Assembly: GCF_004010195.1 (NCBI RefSeq)
Contig: NC_057752.1
Coordinates: forward strand, 11,004,231 to 11,064,122
DNA from: Chiloscyllium plagiosum
Taxonomy: Eukaryota
Length of the DNA stretch: 59,892 nucleotides
Reading direction: 5' to 3'
Part shown: one piece after another, positions 59,554 to 59,892 of the stretch
Layout: each line of letters starts with the position of its first letter
Position numbering within the stretch: position 1 is the first letter of the stretch
Translations under genes and position numbers: made by a program
Notes under the pieces: generated by a model
Told to the model about the DNA's origin: nothing
What the model saw: only the letters and a program-made list of their open reading frames with translations
Databases searched by the model: none

Positions 59554-59892
59554 TTTTTGGAACAGCTTGTCATGGAGCCCACAAGGGAGCAGGCTATTCT
59601 GGACCCAGTGCTATGTAATGAACCAGACTTTATAAAAAATCTTAAAGTAAGGGAACACTTAGGAAGCAGCGATCATAATATGGTAGAGTTCAGTCTGCAG
59701 TTTGAAAGAGAGAAGGCAAAATCGGATGTAATGGTGTTACAGTTAAATAAAGGTAATTATGAGGGCATGAGAGAGGAACTGACGAAAATAGACTGGAAGC
59801 AGAGCCTAGCAGTGAAGACAGTAGAGCAAAAATGGCAGGAATTTGTGGGTAAAATTGAGGACACTGTACAAAGGTTCATCCCCAAGAAGAGA
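59554..59892 (+). mobile_element. CR1 ORF2 endonuclease C-terminal region, open frame running off the window
   Basis: FLEQLVMEPTREQAILDPVLCNE...LGSSDHNMVEF...IPKKR with no stop. Confidence 0.9.

Noticed and set aside
39152..59892. Expected tail-to-tail SLC25A12/SLC25A13-like neighbour or any second gene
   Set aside because: No mitochondrial-carrier or other host exons recognised; 20 kb is too short for absence to be informative

Overview
Vertebrate genomic DNA, most likely from a shark (elasmobranch), judged from HE1-type SINEs, dense CR1/HER1 LINE debris and a Deu-domain SINE. There is one 48-nt N gap. The only host gene I can support is a + strand cytoplasmic dynein-1 intermediate chain gene. 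Its 5' exons lie upstream of the window; 14 phase-compatible GT-AG coding exons run from 6110 (alternative acceptor at 6059) to a TAG stop at 39151. The protein is closest overall to DYNC1I2 but mixes IC1- and IC2-type residues and has many private substitutions, so it may be a separate paralog. The rest is transposable-element sequence: CR1 and L2 fragments, SINEs, Penelope-like (GIY-YIG) remnants, a fragmented hAT transposase with nested insertions, Harbinger remnants and a Tigger-like MITE. The most striking non-coding pattern is three families of Penelope-type terminal repeats carrying minimal hammerhead-ribozyme cores (CTGAnGA-stem-GAAA-palindrome-UH). Many are short non-coding foldback insertions flanked by 8-14 bp direct repeats, and several lie inside the dynein introns. 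All homology calls are from recalled sequences, not database searches.
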